64,000 nucleotides of DNA from Octopus sinensis (GCF_006345805.1 NC_043001.1:13764001-13828000), one strand, 5' to 3'. Shown: positions 1 to 12,943, counted from the first letter of the stretch. Program-made: numbers and translations. Notes: generated by a model not told the origin, from the letters alone.

Positions 1-125
1 CAAAATACGGCGCACTCATAGGTGAATGCTTAAGTATGAACCTAGAGCCTCATCAGAGCTTCAAGCATGAAGTTAATAACATAATTGTTTATTCATTTGT
101 TGTTCTAATTTCTCATTGATATACA

Positions 126-179
<54 letters not shown>

Positions 180-280
180 GTATATATATACATACATACA
201 TACATACATACATACACATATATATCAGGTATGCAAAGTGTACATACACCTCTAAATGCATATATAAATACAAAAAGTTG

Positions 281-511
281 AAGGCGGTGAGCTGGCAGAG
301 TCGTTAGCACGCCGAGCGAAATGCGTATCCGTATTTCGTCTGCCGTTACGTTCTGTGTTCAAATTCTGCCGAGGTCGACTTTGCCTTTCATCCTTTCGGG
401 GTCGATAAATTAAGTACCAGTTACGCACTGGGATCGATGTAATCGACTTAATCTGTTTGTCTGTCCTTATTTGTCCCCTCTATGTTTAGCCCCTTGTGGA
501 CAGTAAAGAAA
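281..511 (+). mobile_element. tRNA-derived SINE family 1 (Tx1-like tail), monomer
   Basis: A-box-like GGTGAGCTGGCAGAG and B-box-like GTTCAAATTC; conserved body GCCTTTCATCCTTTCGGGGTCGATAAA; probable TSD ATATATAAATACA (260-272 / 517-529). Confidence 0.85.
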
Positions 512-1525
512 TATATATATATAAATACAGAGTGGATCAAGAACGCAACAGAAGTCAATAAAACATCAGGAAAGATAGACAATGAAAAGACGGACAGGAA
601 TATATATATATATATGTAACTGGAAGTATTTTTCTTACCATTGTGAGAAACAATATGCACAGCACGAAAGCAAATAGGGAAACGGGATAAATAATATTAG
701 TGGGAAGTAATGTCTGTATAATAGTTTCAAAATACAATAAATTGTTTTAATGAAGGACATAGTCGAACCCGGTGGAATTTGAACTCAGAATGAAAAGACA
801 TAAAATTCCTCTAAGCATCATTGCTCGTCGTGCATACTGATTCAGGCCTCTCACCACCTTACGATTTGTGATATATTATCTAAGTATGTTATAAGCACAC
901 ACATATGTGCTTACATATTCTTGTTTCTCTAAATTAAGATACTTGACACGTATATAAATGGTTTTATACTTTAGTGATCGTACTCCCAAAAGATACCATT
1001 AGGCGAATATTTCATAGGGTTAATTCAAACCATTTCACACATTAAAGTTTTCCACTTATAAAGTTTACTGTAGATTCAATGTATTTCATTGTTTTCACCG
1101 TTCAATTAGTTTAAATGTTTTGAACGTGACTAAATCAGATAATGTGCATGGAGTAACAAAAGCGATTTCACATTTCATATAAGTTACGAAATCTTGTGGT
1201 TTTCACAAATAGCTTCCTACAGCTTCCCAGCACCGCTTCTTTTCAATAAAGCATCTTTTTATCCCTCTTTGGTCATATATAATGTATGTCTCATGTAGCT
1301 GTCTTCTCACCAAATACTTGTTTAAGTATTGTAATTTACAGATACTCTTCACTGTAACACTGTCTACGCAAATACTTATAATTTACAGAGAGAAAAATCT
1401 AAATAGATGTAGATGATATGAAGTATATATTTAAGCACTTGTTCAAGTCTCATGGCTTCCCGGTAACGAATTTCTATGCAACACATGGATAGTTTATACT
1501 GTTTATGCTATTGTATTAGCATTAT

Positions 1526-2126
1526 AAGGCGACGAGTTGGCAGAAACGTTAGCACACCAGGCGAAATTCTTAGCAGTATTTCGTCTGCTATTACACTCTG
1601 AGTTCAAATTCCGCCAAGGTCAACTTTGCCTTTCATCCTTTCCGGGTCGATAAATTAAGTACCAGTTACGCACTGGGGTCGATATAATCGACTTAATCCG
1701 TTTGTCTGTCCGTGTTTGTTCTCTCTGTGTTTAGCCCCTTGTGGGTAGTAAAGAAAAAGGTATTTCGTCTGCTGTTACACTCTGAGTTCAAATTCCGCCG
1801 AGGTCAGCTTTGCCTTTCATCCTTTCCGGGTCGATAAATTAAGTACCAGTTACGCACTGAGGTCGATATAATCGACTTAATCCGGTTGTCTGTCCGTGTT
1901 TGTTCTCTCTGTGTTTAGCCCCTTGTGGGTAGTAAAGAAAAAGGTATTTCGTCTGCTGTTACACTGAGTTCAAATTCCGCCGAAGTCAACTTTGCCTTTC
2001 ATCCTTTCCGGGTCGATAAATTAAGTACCAGTTACGCACTGGGGTCGATATAATCGACTTAATCCGTTTATCTGTCCTTGTTTGTCCTCTCTGTGTTTAG
2101 CCCCTTGTGGGTAGTAAAGAAATAGG
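1526..2126 (+). mobile_element. SINE family 1, head + three tandem units
   Basis: ~180-nt unit repeated three times from GGTATTTCGTC; 17-bp TSD TATTGTATTAGCATTAT (1509-1525 / 2127-2143). Confidence 0.9.
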
Positions 2127-2352
2127 TATTGTATTAGCATTATCATGCGTTTGAGAATAAATTATTTTTGTATCTTTCAATACATCTCAACGCTTCAAAA
2201 GCAAAATAGTTTGTATACTTTCACCGTAAGCTGAATATATATATATATCTATTGAAGACAGTAAAAAAAAGGTGGGGTGGTTATTACAATATTTGTGATT
2301 CTTTTCCTGTCGTGTGCAGGGATTTTCGCTTGTAACGGCGTTTATTTTTTTA

Positions 2353-2734
2353 CTAGCAAGTATCGCCCGGCGTTTCTCGGGTTTGTTACGAATTGGAATT
2401 TTTGAAAAGTAAAAATTTTGCATTGTGTAGATCGTTATTCTCTATAAGGGAACATTTTTCTGGTTGAAATACACTGAAAAATGGCGACACAGCAGTCAAA
2501 AAAATCGTAAAAATATGGATTTTCATAGTAAAAAGCTCCTTTTTGATGTAAATAATTTTTGATGTTAACATGGTCCGATTTAAATTTTTCTTCTATGGAA
2601 GGAAGAGCAAGCCTTCTTCTATCATACTCTCAAATTTGGTCAACTTGCGCCGCAGGGTCTCGGAGGAGATAGTGTTAGTTGAAGGCTACCAAACCTGCCA
2701 TACACAGACAAATTCAGCTTTATATAGAGAGAGA
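2353..2734 (-). mobile_element. Non-autonomous Helitron-like element, family A
   Basis: On the minus strand it starts TCTCTCTCTATATAAAG and ends with the CCCGAG-AAACGC-CGGG hairpin then CTAG, inserted between A and T. No TSD or TIR. Confidence 0.75.
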
Positions 2735-3170
2735 TTAATCCAGTGTATATATAATTTTTCCAGTGAACGGATCACACATTTGATTCGTTAAATTAGTGAT
2801 AGTGTCTTATTTTTCTGGTGGTGAAGTTTGTCGTTCCGCCTGGTTGACTTCCCGGTGGGGAGAGGTCATTCCAGTTGGTTGATTCTCTTTTTGCTGTATT
2901 TACTGAATCTGTGCATTTAAACAAGATTATCCACATTTTTCGCATTGTTGAATGTTGTGAATCATATTTGTTACTATTGAATCTTGGAAACATCGAATGC
3001 TTTAAACATGTTTTTCTATTTCGCAATTTTAAATTTTTACCATTGTTAAACAAATTAGTTTGGTACGTATGTAAATAAATTTATTTAAAAACAATTGAAA
3101 AGAAGTTTTTTCCAATTCAAGTGCATTTTCAACAAGTTCTCCTACACACCCACATACATATATACGTATG

Positions 3171-3322
3171 TAAAACTCCGAGTTTCGGATGCCGAGGTGG
3201 AAATCCACGCCGCCATCTTTTCAGTTATCCAGCCATCGGAAAAAAGCTAATGATAATTTTTCATAGCAGTTTTCCAATGGCGGCGTGGATTTCCACCTCG
3301 GCATCCGAGACTCGGAGTTTTA
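3171..3322. mobile_element. MITE, 152 bp including terminal TA, 46-bp inverted repeats
   Basis: 3171-3216 pairs with 3277-3322 with one mismatch; TA at both outer ends. Confidence 0.8.
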
Positions 3323-5463
3323 TCGTGGCTACCGAATAATTGTCACATATTACATTTACAGATAAATACCTCTATTTAAATATTATCGAGGTCTCTTTCT
3401 TTCTTTTGTTATCTTACCATTTTTATCAATATATATATATATTTAGGCGCCGGTGTGGCTGTAGAGTAAGAAACTTACTTTCCAACCACATTGAGATTGA
3501 ATTTCTAATCGAACAATCATTACTGTATGATATTTGAATACATGAAGTGTTGAAACATATTATGAACTTTTTACATGTTTAGATCATTAGACAGCAGCCA
3601 TGCTGGAGCAAAACCTTGAACATTTTTAGATGATTTAATCGATTCCAGTAACTTTTTAAGCTTGCTACTTATTTTCTGCATTTTTGTACCGAACCGCTAA
3701 GTTACAAGGACGTAAACACACCAACACTGGTGTCAAGCGGTGTTGGGGGACACAAGCAGACACAATGAAATACACATATAACACCCGTGCGCGCACACAC
3801 ACAGACACCCCCACAAACACACACATATATATATGCTTATGTGTGTGTACGTGTATGTATATACGACGAGTTCCTTTCAGCTTCCGTCTATCAATTCCAC
3901 TCACAAAGCTTCGGTCGGACCGAACCCAGAACCCTGTAGCTGAGAAGCAAACCTCTTGCCAAACAACCACACTGTCACTTATTATGGAAATAATTTAACT
4001 TCAAGAGATAACTTTAGCAAATATAGCTCCACAACAGAACTTATTTCATCTCAACACAGTCTTCGAATTTGTATAATATTGAGATGATAGCATGTGAATG
4101 AAGCGAAATTGCATGACAAAATAATCGACTCTACATTCAGATTTAATTCACATCGTGCTCACCACTTATTTCTGAAAGTGGTATGCTTGATATGTAAACG
4201 TATATGTTGCATAATGCGTTTCATGTCATTGTTATATATTTGCCATTTAGTCTTAGCGTTCTCATGTCTTTTTAAATCATACATACTGCTCGCTGGTTTC
4301 CTTCTCAACATGTATGCACCTCATTTACTTATAATCAAACAATGCATGTTTAGAGGTTGATTTCAAAGTATATTAGCGATTTATTTTTGAATTATTAATT
4401 TCTCCAAATGGATAATGAATTATGGTTTTCTTTGCTTATCATCCAAGTAATTGATTTAACTCGCATATTTTTTTAATATTTATTCAGTTCTTTCTGTTGG
4501 AGTTGTTGAGTCGAAATATGACTAAAGTTGTTCAAGCCGCGACTGTTCAATCTTTTGTTTAAATATATCCAGGACTAATATATCCGGGACTAAATCATAC
4601 TTCATACACCTCCTTTGTGTAAGCCCATATGGATCTTTTCACTTTGCCCGGCAGATTTAAAAAATAATTTCTTTGTAACTAAACACTTTTAAACTTCGTA
4701 TACTGGTAGAATGTGTTACATAAAACATCTTTTACTCTTGGCTTTCTTGAGAAAATTCTGTTGCTTGTAAGCTATTTGTTGTTAAATTTCTTGCATTTCG
4801 GCAATTTCAACCAATCAATGACGTCTATTGAGGTGAATACATTTCTGCTGTTTGCACTAATCATTGACAAGTCGTAAAATATAAACAATCTATTTTTAAT
4901 CATACATAACATTGCTGTTTCTACGGATATATGTTGACGTATAAACCGTCAATAACTCTGTAGCGTTGATGGGTACCCTCTAAAATCAAGAGAAAATACA
5001 AATCTACATGTTTGAATGAACTAAATAAGGAGTCAACAGCCCTCTCACGAATACATAAATAGAGCACTCATTAATATGTTTGAGCAACTCTCATACAGAA
5101 AAACCTGAGAGAGGACCTCTTGATAAGTGCGAGGGGCATCCCCGCACGTTGGTTTCTTTCATTCTGGGTTAACATTACCGTTGATGCATCTTTGAACGGT
5201 GCTACTCTTACCGCTGTGCCAGAAACGGCAAACGGATGTCATTCTTATAATTTACAAAGAAGTTTAAACAAAATGATCGGATGCCAGATTCATTGCAAGC
5301 ATTTCACTGAACTTTTGTTTAAAACAATTAAATACTCATGTATGAATTCACATGAATTCACCTGGCTCTTCAGTTATTTCCAAACTATCGTTACAAAATA
5401 ATCTTCAAAGGCTCACGTTGTAACTACAAATACCTCCTAATATAATAATGACCGTAGTGTTTC

Positions 5464-5494
5464 TATATATATATGATATATATATATATATATA

Positions 5495-5532
<38 letters not shown>

Positions 5533-5769
5533 TATATACATATATATATATACATATTCGGTTAAGTAATTGAGATTCTAGTGAATTCTAAAGAATTCAC
5601 ATGAATATGGTCCTTAACTAGGATGCACCGGATATCTATATGGTGTTAACCATACGACAAGTGGGGTGATTATAAATAGGAAAAAAGCATATATATATAT
5701 ATATATATACATATATATATAATACATATATATATATACATATATGTATACATACATATATATATATAT

Positions 5770-5861
<92 letters not shown>

Positions 5862-5866
5862 TATAT
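5464..5866. repeat. (TA)n microsatellite block with a 130-bp unique insert (5557-5690)
   Basis: Representative of many (TA)n/(CA)n/(CT)n tracts, e.g. 128-222, 6193-6286, 14630-14715, 14960-15030, 16253-16338, 30290-30397, 33260-33478, 50498-50585, 54895-54976 and 58670-58770. Confidence 0.95.
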
Positions 5867-6189
5867 AAGAAAATAGTAAAGTGTGAAAAAACGACAGAAG
5901 GCTTAAATGTTAAAAAATATATATATTGTGTCAAAATGTCTGGAGAATATTGGAAAAATTTTTTTCCTTTCCTTAAAATGACATAATTTTAAAATTTTTA
6001 AAGAAATTACCGGTTTCGCGTGTAGCTTTTCAAATTTCTAAGGAAAGGAAAAAAATTTTTCCAATATTCTCCAGACATTTTGACACAAATATATATATTT
6101 TTTAACATTTAAGCCTTCTGTCGTTTTTTCACACTTTACTGTTTTCTTATATATTCACCCACGTGCTTTACCAAACAAACTTTCTTATC

Positions 6190-6190
<1 letters not shown>
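5862..6190 (-). mobile_element. Hammerhead-bearing short repeat with ~115 bp inverted duplication, embedded in (TA)n
   Basis: 5862-5975 is the reverse complement of 6039-6154; the 63 bp spacer holds the hammerhead. (TA)n lies on both sides. Confidence 0.65.
6002..6039 (-). ncRNA. Type I minimal hammerhead ribozyme, U3-A8 core variant
   Basis: Minus strand: AGAAAT-TTGAAAA-GC(TACAC)GC-GAAAC-CG-GT-A-ATTTCT. 6-bp helix I, palindromic helix III ACCGGT. Confidence 0.68.
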
Positions 6191-6267
<77 letters not shown>

Positions 6268-6481
6268 CATACATATATATATATATTTGTCCAGAATCAC
6301 GATGGAGACGGAGGAGGGGAGGAAGTAGTAATTCAGTGATGGAGAAGTAGTGAGAGTAATAAACCTGGCTGAAAGGGAGTGAGAGAAAGTAATAATCAAT
6401 TAGAGAAAGAAAGGGTTTATAGACGAATAAGGAAGGTGTCAAAAGAAATCAGTGTTTCAAATCTGTGTGAGTATACGTGTT

Positions 6482-6519
<38 letters not shown>

Positions 6520-7396
6520 GGAAGTATGTGAATGTTTGTATGTGCGATTCTTATGTACCTTATTTTCTGTCTTATTCATATATAAAATACTACGATTAGC
6601 CGCCATTATTGACGGCACGTGGTCAGCTGGTATATATTATAAAACTGATGAAAATGGACAGAAACTAGATAATTAGATTGGATTAGACCTTTCACTTTAA
6701 TGAAAGACTGACACATCTAACAGAATTAGTGTGCGGTTATCTTCCGTTTCATGATAGGCACATGGCGAATATACGTATCGCATGTTTATTGAGTTATGCA
6801 TGTAATATTTACGATAATTTCAGTTCTGTGGTTCAAAAACTCGCTTCTAAACACATTATTTCGGGTTCAGTTCCACTGCACCTTTCGCAAATATTTTCTA
6901 TTATATTCCCGGGCTGACCAATAAACTGTGAGGGAAATTAGACTGAAACAGTTGAAGCCCATCATATATATATATATATATGTATAAAAGGTATTTCTCT
7001 CTCACAGTTCAAGCAATATTCCCCTTCAATGCCTCCAACAACTACAGAAGTAGGTATAACCAAAAATATAGAGGCGAGTGAGAAGGGAAATCCTTGCATA
7101 CTGAATGGGGAAATGCGAAACGTTTCCGATAAATAGATGTTTATTTAGAGCACGGAATAGATATATCTATACATTTTAGTGATCCAGCTACCAAAGATGG
7201 GGCTCGAACCAGTTCGCACTTTAACATCTACAAGTATTGACGAGGGCTCCTACAATACATTTCATATTCTGAATTGATCAGAACACTGCTAAAGCCAGAA
7301 AAATCCCCCACTGCACTGCAAGATTTTGTGTGCTTTAGATGTAATGGACGGAGTGCTGGATACAGTAAATATTATCTGTGATAATGCCTTAAAACT

Positions 7397-7730
7397 TACA
7401 CCCGAATGTTAAGAGCTGTCACAAACATATCGTCGAGAACGCATCGCACCATGAAACAGCTGTAAGGAGATCTCCCGCTTGTTTTCGTCATTATAAGAGA
7501 AAGGCGCTTGCGCTTGCAGGACATTGCTGGAAAGCTGAAGAATGGCTGTTAAGTGACCGACTGTTATGGATGCCAAAGCATGGCCGTACTGGAGCAGGTT
7601 GTCTGAACACGACGTAGATCAAATCAGCAGATACACTAGATGCCACCCACTGAAAACGTTTTATTTAATGCATGACCCGAACAGATGGCGTGTTAGGGTA
7701 CAAATGTCCAAGCAAGCTCAACCAGATAAG
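7397..7730 (+). pseudogene. Decayed LINE ORF2 3' end (RTE-like)
   Basis: Across frameshifts it reads YTRMLRAVTNIS..H.T..QL.GDLP..IRERRLRL(A)GHCWKAEE..S..LLWMPKHGR, the typical post-RT C-terminal pattern of RTE-type LINEs. Confidence 0.62.
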
Positions 7731-9006
7731 GATCAATTCTTGTGTTTAGTCGTAATTTATCTAATATTCACCCCTAAATGATTGCTACGTCTGGATCTCC
7801 ACAATTTGAAATGTTTCCATTGCATTGTAAAGAGAGTGATGACGGCAGCTACTGGCAAATACGTAGATGAGAAGTATAATGTTTTTCAAGCTATATTTCA
7901 TATACGCCAAGTAAAATACTTTAATTGATTAGAAAACTGTTGTAAAGTGTGTTTGTACAGCGTTGAAATCAATGTCCTTCAAGTCAGTTGAAAAAAAGAT
8001 TCCAATTAATTTACTAAGATAAGCTACCTGAGAAAATGTTCAACTGAAGCCAATTGGTAGAAAGAATTTAATGGGTGAAATAATCTGACGTAGTGATTAC
8101 AGAGAATTTACTAAATTTTCTAAGTATAATAAAACTTCAAATTCCAAGTGACGAACGTCAAATGTATTTTTTCTGACTTAATGAATAAAAATCTTAAATC
8201 CATGACCTTATATTTTCTTTCTGGCTGAAGGATGCGGCGAAAGCAAAATTATACTCTTATCAAGCTATCTTCTAATGTATTCCTCCCTAATCCGGTGCTT
8301 GTCGGCGACACCTGTCGTCATCATCATGATTTTTATATTTGTTTCACAATGGAATATGTGGCTAAAAATGTGGAAACAGCTGAAACAGTAAATTTGAGGT
8401 GAACGTCCTGAATTACAAACTGCGGGATTATAAGATAAAATTCTTATCCCATTGTATTCTGTTCCATATTAAAACGCATTACTTTCAAAGTATTAGCAAT
8501 AAATTCCTCTCCAAATCATTATCTACTTGGTTAGTGGTGCTTGAGGCATTTGGTTGCAATGAAAAAGATTCTTCCAAACAATGTAAACCCACATGAGACA
8601 AATTACTACAGATGCCAATGGCTAATAAAGAGAATATTATATTTTACTAATGCAAAACATTAAGCTAATCCGGGAAAAGAGGGATTTTACATTAATCCGG
8701 TTGCCAAAGGATCCTATATTTCCTATTACTATTCAATTTCGCTTTTGTACCAGATATTATTCAATTTTCAACGTGGCTGTTTCATTTATTAAGAAAAATA
8801 TATACTACAGTCTAAACAGAACTGGCTGACTTTGCTATTTTTATCTGAGAACTTGAATTTGTGATGTTCATATTTTCTTACAATGAATGAAATACAGTAA
8901 AATGTCTGTAACAGACATCATATCTTCTTTCGCGTAAATATTATCGCAAAATATTTGAAAATATAGTATAATGCGAATGTATTTCTACAATATTAAAGAA
9001 AATGGA

Positions 9007-9529
9007 GTAGTTGTATACTGTCCACTTAATGTGACAGTCCCATGAAGGGAATCATACTATTGCTATTTAGCCCAAGGAAGCAGCAACATTTCCTGTCGGC
9101 CTTGACATATTCCCTGTGTCCTTATATTTACAGCGGGGAGACAAGCATCTCTACCCAGCTAAACCTGCAGCCAGAGACTAGTTTCTGATTTTTTCTCGTC
9201 ATCAGTCTGGAGATGCATGTCCTACTAGTTTGAGATGACTACCTAGCTCTTGTAAACATATAAGAATTCTTGTGAAATAAATCCACTGATTACAAAAATA
9301 GACATAATCCATTTCCAAATATCTCAGAGAGATTTATGCAGTAGTGCTACGATAAGGTAGTTGTATACTGTCAACTTAATGTGACAGTCCCATGAAGGGA
9401 ATCACACTACTGCTATTTAGCCCTAGGAAGCAGCAATGCTTACTGTCGGCCTTGACACATTTCCTGTGTCCTTATGTTAACAAGGGGGAGACAAGCACCC
9501 CCACCCAGCTAAGCCTGCATCTAGAGACT
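9007..9529 (-). mobile_element. Retrozyme-like tandem repeat, 350-nt unit, ~1.5 copies
   Basis: 9007-9179 repeats at 9357-9529 (about 88% identical), with the hammerhead at the unit junction. Confidence 0.68.
9171..9210 (-). ncRNA. Type I minimal hammerhead ribozyme
   Basis: Minus strand: CCAGA-CTGATGA-CGAGAAAAAATCA-GAAAC-TA-GT-C-TCTGG. Perfect 5-bp helix I, GUC triplet, palindromic ACTAGT; helix II is weak. Confidence 0.68.
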
Positions 9530-10830
9530 GAATACTGGAAAAAGATGTGAGGCTTGTATCTGCAATAATTTAGTACACAGAAGTGATTATAAATCAAATG
9601 CCATGATGCATAAATTTTTATGTTTAGGAACTTCTATGGATGAAGGCCAGAAAAGGATTCGTCATTTTGATTGTACTTGGACTTGATTAAACACACACAC
9701 ATACACACACACATACACACACACTCTGTGTATGCCGGAGTGTGAGAGATTACGGAGCTTGTACTTTTATGTTATATCCTGTCGCCCTTTTCTTATTTTC
9801 TTTTTCGTCTAATTAATCCTACAATCTCACACGAGAAGTATATATTTATTAATGCATTCATTCCTAGAGCCATAGTAATTCTCTGATGTCGGCACCTAAT
9901 ACAACAATCACTTTAACCTACATTTTGACGATAACGCATATCATCGAAGAAATTTATCAGATTTTGGTGGGTACAGAAAATGAAAAACCTGATTGTTTTT
10001 TTTATTTTCGTAAACACCAAATAATTAATAAAGTTATAATAATTACACCATTATATCAGTATAATTATTTCATTAGCATATCATTAGCTTTATAACGCAA
10101 TTAACGCTATCATAAGTTTGAACCATTAATCTAAGACTACTTAATGAGCTTTTGCCGCTTTGTTTCCTTGCTTGTTCCTATTGTTGTCCCTCAAAACATC
10201 AGATAATTTCCTAGCAGAAGAAAAGGCAGCGTCTGAATGTCTATAACTGAATGCTGGTTGTGTTACACCAATCTATATCATACAGTCTTTCACGCCATCT
10301 TTTTTTTTAATTGGCAATGTATACGTTAATCTAACAGGAAATCTGTAAAATGAAATGGTAAGTTAATTAATAAGTGCCTGATTAGCATTAGATATTAACA
10401 CTCGCTAATCTGTCAGATCCTCATTCATTAGAAAGCTTTCAATGCCATTAAGACTAAGTTAACACTTCTTGGTCTGTGCTTAAGACGAAACCAATGATGA
10501 ATTTATACGTTTCCTAATAGCATTACAAATGATCCGATTCGTTTAGAAAGTTACATTTTTAGGGTTTCAAAACGTATCACTGCAAAATTAATTCAGTATG
10601 TAAGGGCATATTAAATAGTGACAAGTCTTCTAGAAAGTTTTCAGGCGTAGTCTAACGTTCCAATATTCCTAGCCGCACAATCGTACTACCATGTTCAAAA
10701 TTTGGTATAATTATTTTGTTTGAACTTTTCTCAGTTTTTGTAGTGTTTTGCTCTTGGAATCTGCGGCAGTAATTGATAACTGATTGTGTTTTGCTGTTCA
10801 ATGCTATTAAATACGTGATCTTATCTAATA

Positions 10831-11220
10831 CTAGCAGTATCGCTCGGCATTGTTCGGGTTTGTTTCGACCCTTTAGAATTAGAATTTTTTAAAAGTAAAT
10901 ATTTTGCATTATGTAGCTTGTTACTCTCTTTAAGTGAGCATTTTTCTGGTTGAAATACACCGAAAAATGGCGACACAGCAGTCAAAAAGTCGTAAAATAT
11001 AGGGATTTTCATAGAAAAAAAGCACTTTTTTTATGTAAATAATTTGTGGTGTTAACATGGTCCGGTTTGAATTTTTTCTTTTACAGAAGAAAGAGCAAGT
11101 CTTCTTTTATCAAACTCTCAAATTTGGTCGCCTTGCGCCGCAGGGTCACGGAGGAGATTGTGTTAGTTGAAGGCTACCAAACCTGCCATACACAGACAAC
11201 TTAAGCTTTATATATATAGA
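10831..11220 (-). mobile_element. Non-autonomous Helitron-like element, family A
   Basis: Homologous to 2353-2734, with 5'-TC and CTAG-3' ends at an A|T site. Confidence 0.75.
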
Positions 11221-11503
11221 TGTATTACAACGATATTATTCATTAAAGATACCATGACGTTAGCTAAATAGTGACCGCATTCATGAGCTTTCATCTGGTT
11301 TCACTGCGCACCATCGAAGTTTGTTATGCGTAACTAGTTACTACAGCTCTTCAGTTTTAAGGAAGAAGGTAGATGGGGTATAGAAATACTGTCCCTAATC
11401 ACTGAAAAGATAAAGTCTTTGGCATGCATATGTAATTACTTCTACTCCAATTGAATCACAGGAGCTGACACGATTGTAACTCTTCATATATATATATATA
11501 TAA

Positions 11504-11784
11504 GTTTCTTTATTGGCCACACAGGGCTGCACACAGATGGGACAAGTTACAAGGTAGAGCTTTTCTTTTGGGGGATGAAAAAAACAAAAAACAAAAGAAA
11601 CAAAAAAAGGGGTGGCGTAGGTTTTCGATCAAGAGGGATCGTAAAAGGGAAGAAAAGAACAAAAAAAATAAAATTAAAATAATAAAATAAAAATAATAAA
11701 AAAAAGAAGAAAAGGAAAAGGAACAAAAGAAAAGAGAAATGAAAAAAGAAGAAAAAAGGGGAAAAAAGGGGAAGAGGGAAAAAA
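11504..11784 (-). mobile_element. Tx1-like element copy A, 3' UTR-only fragment
   Basis: Same 3' terminus; flanked by (TA)n on the left and a (GATA)n linker on the right. Shares TTGGCC and GTTACAAGG variants with copy D. Confidence 0.85.
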
Positions 11785-11805
11785 GATAGATAGATAGATA
11801 GATAT

Positions 11806-12855
11806 GTTTCTTTATTAGCCACACAGGGCTGCACACAGACGGGACAAATTACAAAGTAGAGCTTTTCTTTTGGGGATAAAAAAGGTGGTTTGGTTTTCGA
11901 TCAAAAGGGATCGTAAAAGGAAAGAAAGAATAAAACAAAAAAGGGGGGATAAAAAGAAAAGGAAAAGGAAAAAAAATCAATCAATAAGGATCGTTATCAC
12001 AGAAATGTCAATATAAAGTGTAAAGGAGAGGACAGGTGAGGTTTACCCGTGGAAAGAAAAGCCTACGGAAAAGACCATGGTAACCTCGGTCAATGAAGTC
12101 CCATGTATTTTTTTTTTTGCAAATAAGCAACTCTCTGTATTAATTTTTTACGGTTCATAGGATCATAGTCAAGGTGGCTTCGTCATTCATACGTGCCATC
12201 CTTGCTACATTCACCCATCTTTTTTTAAAACATTCACTAGACAAAACTTGCCTCTCTTCTCTCACTTTCCTCTTCAAGTGATACTTGAAGAAGTTGATGA
12301 GAGATTGACCAGAGAAGAAAGTGTTTGTCTCTAATCCTTTCAGGCGCGTCCACCAGATACATTCTTTCGCCATAGCCACAAGCATGATAAAAATAGCTCT
12401 TCCTTCCCGTTTGAAGGAAGGAGGCGTGACGATATTAACGATAGACTCGGCTGATAAACCGACTCGTCCCACACGTGACAGCAGTCGTTCGACATAAGCC
12501 CACAGGTCAGAGATTGTTGGACACTGCACGATTGCGTGCAGAACGGTTTCGTCGCTCTGCGCGCATCTCGGGCAGGTCGGCCCCGTGTTTCTCGAGCCAT
12601 GCCTATAGAGCTTATCCCGAACGGGTAGCGCTTCTCGGTAGCACTGCCAGGCCAGGGATCTCTGGAAGTTGTCCATAGGTCCCGGCCCGAAAGTCGTTTG
12701 AAACAGGCGGGTCAGGTATTCCTCGTCGACGCCCAGGTTTGCCCCAGGATCATCGTCGTACCTCCCCTCCACTAATCCCCTATAGAATGCTTTGGTTGTG
12801 TTGAAGTCACTCAAGGTCGACCCGGGACGGCAGAGTTGCTTGAGAGCAACGCGGC
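11806..12855 (-). mobile_element. Tx1-like element copy B, 5'-truncated (3' UTR + last ~230 codons of ORF2)
   Basis: ORF 12155-12814 contains [18 protein letters not shown] and matches the ORF2 C-terminus of E and F. The 5' break is joined to (GATA)n at 12856-13022. Confidence 0.9.
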
Positions 12856-12938
<83 letters not shown>

Positions 12939-12943
12939 TGGTT

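Noticed and set aside
73-310. Numerous YIYI/LSIY/CVCV/THTH ORFs here and throughout the ORF track
   Set aside because: They are translations of (TA)n, (GATA)n and (CA)n microsatellites, which lack stop codons in some frames.
1526-2126. CRISPR-like or satellite array
   Set aside because: The units are SINE bodies without unique spacers, enclosed by a TSD, in a eukaryotic context.
6645-6680. CTGATGA...GAAAC motif
   Set aside because: The intervening and flanking sequences cannot form helices I-III.
7101-7130. CTGAATG...CGAAACGTT near a (TA)n tract
   Set aside because: The core does not match and the helices are unsupported; at most a very decayed relic.
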